Shown one piece after another: positions 1 through 7,587 of a stretch of DNA of 10,185 bases. Under the pieces are notes generated by a model that saw nothing but the letters and a program-made list of their open reading frames with translations, was not told the origin of the DNA and made no database searches. A program made the position numbers and the translations under genes. This DNA comes from an uncultured Alphaproteobacteria bacterium (GTDB lineage: Bacteria > Pseudomonadota > Alphaproteobacteria > UBA7985 > CAJQQZ01): positions 1 to 10,185 of the forward strand of contig CAJQQZ010000186.1 of NCBI GenBank assembly GCA_905480575.1, written 5' to 3'. How positions within the stretch are numbered: the first letter of the stretch is position 1; each line of letters opens with the position of its first letter.

Positions 1-79
1 TCGTAGTTTCCTTTGTTTGATGTTTTTGGTTTGCACCTACATCAAAACCGGAAACGGCTGGCTCCTTCAAGAGCCGAAC

Positions 80-109
80 GTAGTCCTTCCAGCTAGCTGG
101 AAGGACTAC
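80..109. repeat. Perfect 30-bp palindrome GTAGTCCTTCCAGCT/AGCTGGAAGGACTAC, 25 bp beyond the stop of the kdgK-like gene
   Basis: Read directly: positions 80-109 are exactly self-complementary (15+15 with no spacer). No U-tract follows on either strand, so it is not a canonical intrinsic terminator. Confidence 0.6.
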
Positions 110-134
110 TATGTCAGATTAAGTCGGAACTAAT

Positions 135-860
135 TCAGCTAAGTGGGCCGTTTGAGCCTCGTTTTAATGCGCCGAATGTCACCCCAGCTTCATGTAGCCT
201 CTCAGTTACTTGTGCTTCGTTCTCTTCCTGAAACAAATCCATTTCATCGCCCAGAGATGGTAGAGCGATATCGGCCAAACGCCAAAGGTCCATTGTGATC
301 GTTTGTGCTGTCTCCAAATCTTCCCAAAGGCGGGGACGGTAATTGCTGTCATAAACAACATACCCACCATTTTCGCGGTAAGTTGTTAAGAACTCAATCA
401 AGGCTGTCCTCGTATCGGGTGGCAACACAGCCATTGTGATACCAGAAACGTAAATCAAATCGAAATCGTTCAATGCGTTGAGTTTAATCTGACAAGGTTT
501 TGCAAAAAGAGATCTTGCCGCCGCCTGTGACCGCCAATAGGTAAAACTGCGCTCGCCAGCGTCATCTGTGTCAATGGCGTAGAGGCCCGGCATGAGGTCC
601 GGTCTTCGTTCGACATAAGATGCATCGACGTTATGGCGTTTCATATGGTCAAAAATACGGGCAGAGAACCGATCAAGGCCCAAAGCTGTCACGTAAGATA
701 CGGATTTGTTCTGGCCGCGTAGGAGGCGTGAAAGGTAGACCGCGGTGTTGTAGGTGTCTCCTGCAACACCAATGTTGGCATCAGCCGGACCATCCATGAC
801 CAGCTCAATCATAACCTCGCCAACACAAGCGATTTTGTTAATGCTTCTTTTTTTGATCAT
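135..860 (-). CDS. kdgK: 2-dehydro-3-deoxygluconokinase-like PfkB-family sugar kinase, C-terminally truncated (probable gene remnant or pseudogene)
   Basis: The translation carries KdgK hallmarks, IACVGEVMIEL, GDTYNTAVY, YVTALG, MPGLYAIDTD, GERSFTYWR and DSNYRPRLW, collinear with E. coli KdgK as recalled from memory. The ORF stops after ALKRGSNGPLS, which corresponds to about residue 237 of the ~309-aa enzyme. The ~70 C-terminal residues, including the DTTxAGD catalytic/anion-hole motif, are absent, and none of the three downstream frames encodes them. The start is taken as ATG 860 (MIKKRSINKIACVG); the tracked TTG at 914 is a likely over-extension. Confidence 0.7.
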   Translation of the reverse strand: MIKKRSINKIACVGEVMIELVMDGPADANIGVAGDTYNTAVYLSRLLRGQNKSVSYVTALGLDRFSARIFDHMKRHNVDASYVERRPDLMPGLYAIDTDDAGERSFTYWRSQAAARSLFAKPCQIKLNALNDFDLIYVSGITMAVLPPDTRTALIEFLTTYRENGGYVVYDSNYRPRLWEDLETAQTITMDLWRLADIALPSLGDEMDLFQEENEAQVTERLHEAGVTFGALKRGSNGPLS

Positions 861-1046
861 GGTTACTACATTGGAGTTTCTCGGCGGAGTATCATCTTTC
901 CGATCTGACTTCAACTCAAGCGCCGTTGGAACAAGCCAATTGGGTTGGTTGCTAAACTCACGAACGCTGGTTTTAGTGAGAATTAACCTCTATATAGATG
1001 CTCCAATTCATAGGTAAACTTCGCAACCCACAAGGACAGTTGTATT

Positions 1047-2081
1047 ATGGCAGCGACCATCGCCGCGGCGTTCTATCGTGGCAATAGAACCTTCACGGTT
1101 GAGCAAGTGCTAGCTCAAGCCCCCGGGTCAGATGAAGTAGCGATTAGGGTCGCTTACTGTGGCGTTTGCGGTACGGACATGCATGTTTACCATGGCAATA
1201 TGGACGCCAGAGTAGGGCACAACCGCATTCTCGGTCACGAGATGTCAGGTGTTGTTGATGCAATTGGTGATGGTGTCTCAGATGTAGGAGTCGGGCAAAA
1301 AGTCGTCGTTCGCCCTTTGGATCATTGTGGGGATTGTCCTGCCTGTGATGCTGGGCATCAGCATATTTGCCATAAACTCAAATTTCTCGGTCTTGATACA
1401 AACGGTGCTATGCAAGAAATCTGGATCGTGCCGTCCCATACAGTTCACGCCTTGCCAGGCACTATCCGATTGGAAGATGCGGCGCTTATCGAACCGTTGG
1501 CTGTTGCTTGTCATGCAGTACGGTTATCTGGTTTGAAGCCAGGGGAAGATGTGTTGGTGATTGGTGGTGGCCCTATTGGCATTCTAGTTGCTATGGTCGC
1601 TGGTGAGGCCGGTGGGAATGTAACTATTTCCGAAGTGAACACCAACCGGATTGCTATTGCTGAGAAGCTAAGTTTTACTGTTGTAAACCCCGCGGAAACC
1701 AACTTAGAAGAGTCTGTCAATGCCTCTACTAAGGGCAAGGGAGCAGATGTTGTTTTTGAAGTGTCAGGGACGCAAACTGGCGCGGATGCGATGACGGCTT
1801 GCGCTGCCACTCGAGCACGTCTTGTCATGGTCGCGATTCATGCAACCAAGCCAAATGTAGACCTATTTCAATTCTTCTGGCGTGAGCTGCAATTGATTGG
1901 CGCCAGAGTGTATGAGGCGAAAGATTACGAGAAGGCAATCTCTTTGATTGCATCCAACACTATTGATGCAAATACAGTGATCACAGATGTTAGGCCTTTG
2001 GAGGAAACACAAGCAGCTTTTGACGCTCTGGACAGAAATCCAACAGCTCTGAAGACACTTATCAAATTGGGTGAATTGTAA
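1047..2081 (+). CDS. Zn-dependent alcohol/polyol dehydrogenase, medium-chain dehydrogenase/reductase (MDR) superfamily (sorbitol/threonine-dehydrogenase-like)
   Basis: 344 aa. Catalytic-zinc motifs CGTD and GHEMSGVV are present, as is the structural-zinc Cys cluster CGDCPACDAGHQHIC. A Rossmann motif VIGGGPIG is present. A Shine-Dalgarno-like AAGGA lies upstream. The gene is divergent from the kdgK-like gene across a 186-bp intergenic region containing the palindromic CCAATTGG. Confidence 0.85.
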   Translation: MAATIAAAFYRGNRTFTVEQVLAQAPGSDEVAIRVAYCGVCGTDMHVYHGNMDARVGHNRILGHEMSGVVDAIGDGVSDVGVGQKVVVRPLDHCGDCPACDAGHQHICHKLKFLGLDTNGAMQEIWIVPSHTVHALPGTIRLEDAALIEPLAVACHAVRLSGLKPGEDVLVIGGGPIGILVAMVAGEAGGNVTISEVNTNRIAIAEKLSFTVVNPAETNLEESVNASTKGKGADVVFEVSGTQTGADAMTACAATRARLVMVAIHATKPNVDLFQFFWRELQLIGARVYEAKDYEKAISLIASNTIDANTVITDVRPLEETQAAFDALDRNPTALKTLIKLGEL

Positions 2082-2293
2082 TGGCTTTGTTTCCTACCCG
2101 TCTTTCGAACTCGTTGTTTGTGTTGGTGGTAGTTGGATAGCACCGCAGGATTTGCTCGCTGAGCGTAACCGGGAAATGACCGTTTCGCTTGTTCCTTGGC
2201 AAACTGAGCAAGCAGCCCCCCTATATTTGATAGCTACAAATTCAACTTTTCTCGCTACTCTTCTCCTTGAGGAAATATGTGAGGAGAAAAGAC

Positions 2294-3271
2294 ATGATTA
2301 AAAAGCTAATCAGCTCAGCCTGTGTGCTGGCATTTTTTAGCGGCGGCGCTCTCGAAGCATCGGCTCAACAACTAGAAGATTGTTATGCGACGCCAACTGT
2401 CTATAGCGGTACAACCTTAGCCAATTTGGCGGACCGATATTTCGCTGATGTCGACTATCGCTATGCTATTTTGTTGGCAACGAATGCACGGACCTCTGAC
2501 GGATTTCCGTTCATCGGAAACCCGCACCAGTTGCCTTTGGGGAAACAACTTTGTGTCCCTGCGATTACAGAAGCGGAAAGACTAAGAAACCGTTTCTTGA
2601 TGTATATCGAGGCCGTTCAAGACATGGCATTGCCCGTCCCGTCAGAGGTGACGAACAACCTTAGCCCGCTGGATGTATCAGGTCCCGTTGGTGTTGCTAC
2701 TTGGGTTCGTGCCGATCAAGCAGCCTCATATCGCGCCCAAGTGGGGCAAACGATCCAAGCTGGCGGCGATATATGGGTAACCGAGGTGCCAAAGATCCAA
2801 GAATTCTGCAAATCCTATGCGCAAACTCATGGTGACTACTTGCCAGGTATCACATTACGCCTAGAACAGAGACTAGGCATGCCGCCGCACAGTGCCAAAA
2901 CCGCATTTGTTGAGTTTGAGGTCGCAAACCCAGACAAGCAATCGCAGATCTTCAGGCCTTGTGCTTCACCATCTGTGACGACATCAACTTGCGCAATGGG
3001 ACCACCGGCTTCTTGTGATCCAGGTGACGCCCAGTGTCATCGTCATTATGATTTCTTTATGGGGCAGTATTACTATTCTTATGGGGTGTCTCTGCCAGCT
3101 GAATACCCGTGGACGTCGTTGGGTTACACCTTTGATTGGGCACATAAGGCCATCGGATTGGAAGACACGCCTGATTTTGTTCAATACGGCGGCAGTGAGT
3201 ATGTTGTGCCGAAGGGGGCGACGGTTACTGTCAGGGCCGTTTATGATACCGCGGACTATTGCAAGAATTAG
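2294..3271 (+). CDS. Secreted protein of unknown function: signal peptide, LysM-like domain, Cys-rich C-terminal domain
   Basis: GAGGAG lies 7 nt before ATG 2294. The N-terminus MIKKLISSACVLAFFSGGALEASA is a typical Sec signal peptide. Residues ~40-95 (TVYSGTTLANLADRYF...LPLGKQLCVP) resemble a LysM peptidoglycan-binding fold. The C-terminal half has a conserved-looking Cys/aromatic pattern (CASPSVTTSTCAMGPPASCDPGDAQCHRHYDFFMGQYYYSYG) with no family I can name. The tracked start at 2267 is probably too far upstream. Confidence 0.6.
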   Translation: MIKKLISSACVLAFFSGGALEASAQQLEDCYATPTVYSGTTLANLADRYFADVDYRYAILLATNARTSDGFPFIGNPHQLPLGKQLCVPAITEAERLRNRFLMYIEAVQDMALPVPSEVTNNLSPLDVSGPVGVATWVRADQAASYRAQVGQTIQAGGDIWVTEVPKIQEFCKSYAQTHGDYLPGITLRLEQRLGMPPHSAKTAFVEFEVANPDKQSQIFRPCASPSVTTSTCAMGPPASCDPGDAQCHRHYDFFMGQYYYSYGVSLPAEYPWTSLGYTFDWAHKAIGLEDTPDFVQYGGSEYVVPKGATVTVRAVYDTADYCKN

Positions 3272-3298
3272 AATCGTTTAGTTTGGATGAATGCCAGC

Positions 3299-5692
3299 TC
3301 ACGGCCAAGTGGGCTGGCAAATTTTTGCGTCAATTTTTTGGGCCAGTAAGAAAACGGAGAGCTGTGTTCCAACGCCTGAATATTGCGGGTCAACGTACCC
3401 CATGGCGAGGTTCTTATCCGATCGGTAGCCATAGGCAGCAGAAGTAATGGAACCAACGACTTTCTCGCCCTCGAAGATCGCTTCTCCGGGCTGACAGGGA
3501 GCCTCAACGCTATCAATTTCAAGGATGACACGTTGCTTTCTGTTTCCCAATGCCATTTGCTTTTCTAGACCAGCTTTGCCAACGAAGTCTTTTTTCCAGT
3601 TAACCAATTTCTCGAGACCAGCTTCAATGGGATTGAATTCAGTTATCAGATCACTTTTCCAATGACCGTAGCCCATTTCCAATCGCATTGAATCAAGCGC
3701 ATACATACCAAAGTGCGTTAAGCCCAAGGGTTCTCCGGCGTGGCAGAGTGTTTGGTAGGCTGCGAACAGTTGCTCGTTGGGAATATGAAGCTCAAAAGCC
3801 TGTTCTCCCGAAAAAGAGATGGACATGGCCAAAGCTTCAGCAATCCCAATGTGGCAGGTCCGCGCTGAAATCCATGGAAAAGCCTCAGCGCTCCAATCTG
3901 TCCTTGGGCTAACGAAGCTCATCAATTCTCGTGATTTAGGCCCAGCAATAACCAAAGTTGTGTAGGAGCCGGTCAGGCTTTTGATTTTGATGTCAGAGCC
4001 TTCGGGCAAGTGTTCTTCTAGCCAATCCCGATCATGGAATTCTGCAACCGTCGCTGAACCCCACCAAAGTTTGTCCTCTTCTAACAAAGCGAGTGTAGCT
4101 TCCCCTGAAACGTTGCCTTTGTCAGTTAGGAAATAGCAAAGGTTAACTTTGCCCGGCTTTTTTGGGACCCTTGAGCAGAGCAATGAATCAAGCCAGTTGC
4201 GCGCGCCTGATCCAGAAATCTCAAAGCGATTGAAGCCGTCGATCTCCATGATGCCCACACCGGACGTTACCGCTTCGACTTCTTTGGCAACAACAGAATG
4301 CCAATTAGGAAAGCGGTAGGTATGGTCCTCAACGAAATCAGGAGTGGGTTTAAAGAAGGTAGCGCGTTCCCAGCCGTTGATGACGGTGAACTCTGCACCC
4401 TTTTCCTTAAGGATGGGATAAAGAGATGTTGTCTTTGCAGTCCTACCGGCTGGGCGGTGCTCATGTGGCATGTGCCACTGGAACTCCATTTGGTAGTCTT
4501 CGATAGACTTAGCGATGGTGAAAGCCTTGTTGGCGTGTGTGCCAATGCGGCGTGGATCCAATGACCAGCAGTCCCATTCGGCTTCACCATGAACCATCAT
4601 CTGGGCCAGCATCTTTCCGTATCCACCACCTTCACCGATCCCGACCCGGAGGCCGTTCATCGACCAAGCGTTACGAACACCAGGTAGTTTCCCAACCAAA
4701 GGTCCGGCGTCAGCGGCGTAGGTAATCGGGCCATTGACAATAGATTGAATGCCAGCTGATCTAAGGCAAGGCAGGCGCTCAAAGATGGCTTCAATCTTTG
4801 GGAGACAACGGTCCAGATCATCGGGGCAGAGCGCATTGACGAAATCAGGATCAATGCCATCAAGGCCAAAGGTCTTACAATCGTACTCATAAACCCCGAC
4901 CAGCAGCCCTTGTTTTTCCTGGCGCATGTAGAAAGTATCGCGGGGACAGCGAACCATAGGAACTCGGTCTGGTCTAGCTGCCAGCTCTTCGATCGGTTCG
5001 GTAATAAAGTACATATGTTCCATGGAGATGATGGGGTATTCAACCGCCATGAACGCGCCGACTTCATTCACTCTGTAGCCAGCAGCGTTTACAATGTGCT
5101 CGCAATGGATGTCACCATTCTTGGTATGAACGATCCATTCGTGATTGGGTTTTTGCGTCAGGCCGATGACGGGATTGTGTCGGTAGATTTCCGCACCTGC
5201 TTTGCGGGATCGGCGTGCCAAAGCCTGACATAGTTGGGCGGGGTCAATGTCACCGTCTAAGTCATCCCATAAAGTGGCCATGACTTGATCTGTGTTGAGC
5301 AAAGGATTGCGCAATGCGGCTTCAGCGGGTGAAATCAGATCAAAATCGACGCCCATAGTTTTGGCGACCGAAATGATGTGGTGACAGGCATCCAACTGGT
5401 CTTGGTCTGTGATCAATCGCATGCCACCAACGGCATGGTGGTAGTTGATCGGGTAGTCAGGATCGTCGGCTAGTTCTTTGTAGAGCGCAATCGTGTAAGA
5501 TCTCAGCCCGATCAGAAGCTGGTTGAAAGCCAGATTGGGGCACTGTGCCGCCGAATGCCAAGTTGTCCCGGACGTTAATTCATCCCGTTCAACCAACACA
5601 ACATCGGTCCAACCCTCTTTGGTGAGGTGATATAAGGTTGAGCATCCACCGATACCGCCGCCAATAACAACGACACGGGCTTGTGTTTTCAT
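3299..5692 (-). CDS. FAD-dependent oxidoreductase fused to a GcvT-type aminomethyltransferase (tetrahydrofolate-binding) domain; dimethylglycine/sarcosine dehydrogenase family, substrate unknown
   Basis: 797 aa. The N-terminal Rossmann motif VVVIGGGIGGCSTLYHL marks an FAD-binding DAO domain. SGTTWHSAAQ matches the region carrying the covalent-flavin His in DMGDH/SARDH. The C-terminal ~350 aa has a GcvT-like layout. The start codon is 4 bp downstream of the preceding hydrolase stop, with AAGG 14 nt upstream. Confidence 0.85.
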   Translation of the reverse strand: MKTQARVVVIGGGIGGCSTLYHLTKEGWTDVVLVERDELTSGTTWHSAAQCPNLAFNQLLIGLRSYTIALYKELADDPDYPINYHHAVGGMRLITDQDQLDACHHIISVAKTMGVDFDLISPAEAALRNPLLNTDQVMATLWDDLDGDIDPAQLCQALARRSRKAGAEIYRHNPVIGLTQKPNHEWIVHTKNGDIHCEHIVNAAGYRVNEVGAFMAVEYPIISMEHMYFITEPIEELAARPDRVPMVRCPRDTFYMRQEKQGLLVGVYEYDCKTFGLDGIDPDFVNALCPDDLDRCLPKIEAIFERLPCLRSAGIQSIVNGPITYAADAGPLVGKLPGVRNAWSMNGLRVGIGEGGGYGKMLAQMMVHGEAEWDCWSLDPRRIGTHANKAFTIAKSIEDYQMEFQWHMPHEHRPAGRTAKTTSLYPILKEKGAEFTVINGWERATFFKPTPDFVEDHTYRFPNWHSVVAKEVEAVTSGVGIMEIDGFNRFEISGSGARNWLDSLLCSRVPKKPGKVNLCYFLTDKGNVSGEATLALLEEDKLWWGSATVAEFHDRDWLEEHLPEGSDIKIKSLTGSYTTLVIAGPKSRELMSFVSPRTDWSAEAFPWISARTCHIGIAEALAMSISFSGEQAFELHIPNEQLFAAYQTLCHAGEPLGLTHFGMYALDSMRLEMGYGHWKSDLITEFNPIEAGLEKLVNWKKDFVGKAGLEKQMALGNRKQRVILEIDSVEAPCQPGEAIFEGEKVVGSITSAAYGYRSDKNLAMGYVDPQYSGVGTQLSVFLLAQKIDAKICQPTWP

Positions 5693-5696
5693 CGGC

Positions 5697-6506
5697 TTAG
5701 GCTGCCTTGAGTATAGATTTAATCAGGTCACAAACCGCTTCGGGTTTATGACCAAACATAGAAAAGTGGCCCATTCCTGGAAGAACATGAAAATGTCCAT
5801 TTCCGGCGAGATCAGCGACTAGCTTCCCCCGTGCTGGTGGTGTTTGCAGGTCCTGTTCGAAAGCAACAACATGCATGGGGACTTGGCAATCAGGAAGCCT
5901 GGTTGTCGAATCATATTCGAGGCAGGCCCGCCATTGAGCGGCCATCATTCGCTGATCGCGATCTACCGATGTCATCTCCAGGTAGGACTTGCACTTTTGC
6001 CAAAGCTCATCGCTGCCTAATACCTCCGCGGGATAACAGAAGGCCGCATAATGAATGAGCGCTAGATCAGAGGGCAGCCTATTTCCGGCTTCAGCAAATA
6101 GAATTTCTGTTTCCTCCCACTCATAAAAGAAACCACTTTTTTTCGCACCAGTCCCCATCGGGATGGCAATGCGGACTAAATCAGGTTCGCTAAGGGTAAC
6201 CTCCTGCACGATCAAAGCGCCCAATGACAACCCAACGAGCACAACGGGTGGCTCACAAACTTGGCTGATAAGTTCAGCACAATCCTGCGCCATCGTTGAA
6301 ATCGGCCAGGGCGGTTGGCTAGCCGTTTCAGTTTGGCCCGCACCCCTTGGGTCAAAGGTTGTATGGCGGAAACCGTCGCCCATAAGGTCTAGAAGCTCAT
6401 TGTAGCAATCGCCGCTTTGATCGCCGCCGGGTATCCAAACAATGTCTGGCCCTTCGCCTCGCTGGCTGTACTTCAACCGGCAATCGTCTAAGTCGAGAAA
6501 AGTCAT
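5697..6506 (-). CDS. alpha/beta-fold serine hydrolase (esterase/lipase/lactonase class)
   Basis: The nucleophile elbow GLSLG (G-x-S-x-G) follows a beta-strand VVLVG. Acid and His candidates sit at FEQD and GMGHFS near the C-terminus. The start is taken at ATG 6506 (MTFLDLDD...), which overlaps the upstream gene's TGA as ATGA. The tracked 300-aa ORF extends the N-terminus into the upstream coding sequence. Confidence 0.8.
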   Translation of the reverse strand: MTFLDLDDCRLKYSQRGEGPDIVWIPGGDQSGDCYNELLDLMGDGFRHTTFDPRGAGQTETASQPPWPISTMAQDCAELISQVCEPPVVLVGLSLGALIVQEVTLSEPDLVRIAIPMGTGAKKSGFFYEWEETEILFAEAGNRLPSDLALIHYAAFCYPAEVLGSDELWQKCKSYLEMTSVDRDQRMMAAQWRACLEYDSTTRLPDCQVPMHVVAFEQDLQTPPARGKLVADLAGNGHFHVLPGMGHFSMFGHKPEAVCDLIKSILKAA

Positions 6507-7501
6507 TTGTTTGAACTTGCCATTCTTTGACGGCGCTCGCGGATTACCTCGTGCGCTTCCGGTGTACCGTCGTGGAACGAGCCAAACCATTTGTCCCAAG
6601 GAATCTCCAGCGAGCCGTAGTTACAATCAAAGTAACGGTGGTGCATTTGGTGATGGAAGGTGCCTAACGACAGTCTTGTCTTGTCCTTGATCACAACGCC
6701 TTCAAAGCCACAGTGTGTCGTCGCGGCTGTCAAAGCAAAGTACTGTAAATGGAACAGAATGTGGATTGGGTGACAAGCGACAACGAAGTGGATCACAACA
6801 CTGCCTAAGAAGAATAGATGTTCCAATGGATGCATTGAAAGCCCTGACCAAGGCCCGACGTTTATGTTTCGATGGTGTAGGGAATGCGCTGTTTTGTATA
6901 ATGCTGGAACGTGGAAAAGACGGTGCATCCAGTAAAAGTAAAAAGACTCCCAGATTGGGATAAGGAAGAAAAGAACTACAAACCAGATTGGGTTAGCAGC
7001 CCAGGTAATCATCGGCGCATAACCATTAGCCAAAGCCCAAAACATTAAAGCCTCAAAAGCCGTCCAGATCGCAACACCGCTTCCTAATGTCCAAAACATG
7101 TTGTCCCAGACTTGGTTTTTAAGGGTGAATGATCGATTAGATTTCGCGAGGTCCCGAGGGTCATACTTCTTCTCTTTTCCCTGCTTCTTGAAAGTATAGA
7201 AAAAGAGGTGAAGAGACCCAGCAACAAGTGTCATGAGGATTATGTTTCTGACCCACATCTCAAACACCCAATCAAAGGCCCAGGTTTGACTGCGTTCAAA
7301 GGCGGGTTGAAAGTAGAACCAGGATATGCAGGCGACAGCGACAAGAATCAGCCGCTCGGAAATCAAGAACCAAGACCGCCAAAACCAAAGAAATATGTCG
7401 ATGGGCCTGAACGGCAGTCTAAAGACGGGAGAGACTTTTACAGGAACCGCGGGCATATAATGCCAGCCCGATATGCGCTTCCTTTCTTTATCATCAGCCA
7501 T
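6503..7501 (-). CDS. Integral-membrane di-iron oxygenase of the fatty acid hydroxylase superfamily (annotated in bacteria as sterol desaturase family)
   Basis: Three histidine boxes lie in the characteristic order and spacing: HRLFH, HSLHH and HHQMHH. Multiple hydrophobic Trp/Phe-rich segments are consistent with four or more transmembrane helices. A strong RBS AAGGAG lies 6 nt before ATG 7501 (MADDKERK...); the tracked TTG at 7537 is a likely over-extension. Confidence 0.8.
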   Translation of the reverse strand: MADDKERKRISGWHYMPAVPVKVSPVFRLPFRPIDIFLWFWRSWFLISERLILVAVACISWFYFQPAFERSQTWAFDWVFEMWVRNIILMTLVAGSLHLFFYTFKKQGKEKKYDPRDLAKSNRSFTLKNQVWDNMFWTLGSGVAIWTAFEALMFWALANGYAPMITWAANPIWFVVLFFLIPIWESFYFYWMHRLFHVPALYKTAHSLHHRNINVGPWSGLSMHPLEHLFFLGSVVIHFVVACHPIHILFHLQYFALTAATTHCGFEGVVIKDKTRLSLGTFHHQMHHRYFDCNYGSLEIPWDKWFGSFHDGTPEAHEVIRERRQRMASSNK

Positions 7502-7541
7502 GGCTTTCTCCTTTCTCGCACTATGGCAAAAGGGCAATGGT

Positions 7542-7569
7542 TTGAAAAACAGAAAATTATGGTTATCAT
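7542..7569 (+). promoter_or_regulatory. Putative sigma70-type promoter of the LysR gene: TTGAAA, 16-bp spacer, TATCAT
   Basis: Read directly: TTGAAA at 7542-7547 and TATCAT at 7564-7569 with 16-bp spacing. Not experimentally supported. Confidence 0.35.
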
Positions 7570-7587
7570 CATCAAATTATTTGATGA
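7569..7587. promoter_or_regulatory. LysR-type binding motif ATC-N9-GAT (T-N11-A) embedded in the inverted repeat TCATCAA-N5-TTGATGA
   Basis: Perfect 7-bp arms with an AT-rich spacer sit between the divergent LysR gene and the oxygenase operon, just downstream of the putative lysR -10. This is the classic location of an autoregulatory/recognition site. Confidence 0.5.

Noticed and set aside
80-109. 30-bp palindrome as rho-independent terminator of the kdgK-like gene
   Set aside because: No U-tract on either side and effectively no loop. It is kept as an unexplained palindrome instead.
754-1017. 87-aa plus-strand ORF antisense to the kdgK-like gene
   Set aside because: It is fully embedded in, or antisense to, a well-supported CDS. 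It has no RBS and a low-complexity Ser/Thr/Leu composition, so it is a shadow ORF.
1278-1828. Three small ORFs (78, 69 and 105 aa) inside the dehydrogenase gene
   Set aside because: These are overlapping or antisense frames of a confidently assigned MDR dehydrogenase, typical GC-frame shadows.
2071-2301. 76-aa GTG-initiated ORF spanning the 212-bp intergenic region between the dehydrogenase and the secreted protein
   Set aside because: It starts inside the upstream gene, has no RBS and no recognisable motif. The region more likely holds the promoter of the downstream gene. TTGGCA...TATATT was seen, but with a 20-bp spacer, too long for a confident promoter call.
3015-5233. Numerous 60-136-aa ORFs on both strands within the DMGDH-family gene and the end of the secreted-protein gene
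   Set aside because: All lie inside, or out of frame with, the 797-aa CDS, whose family motifs run uninterrupted.
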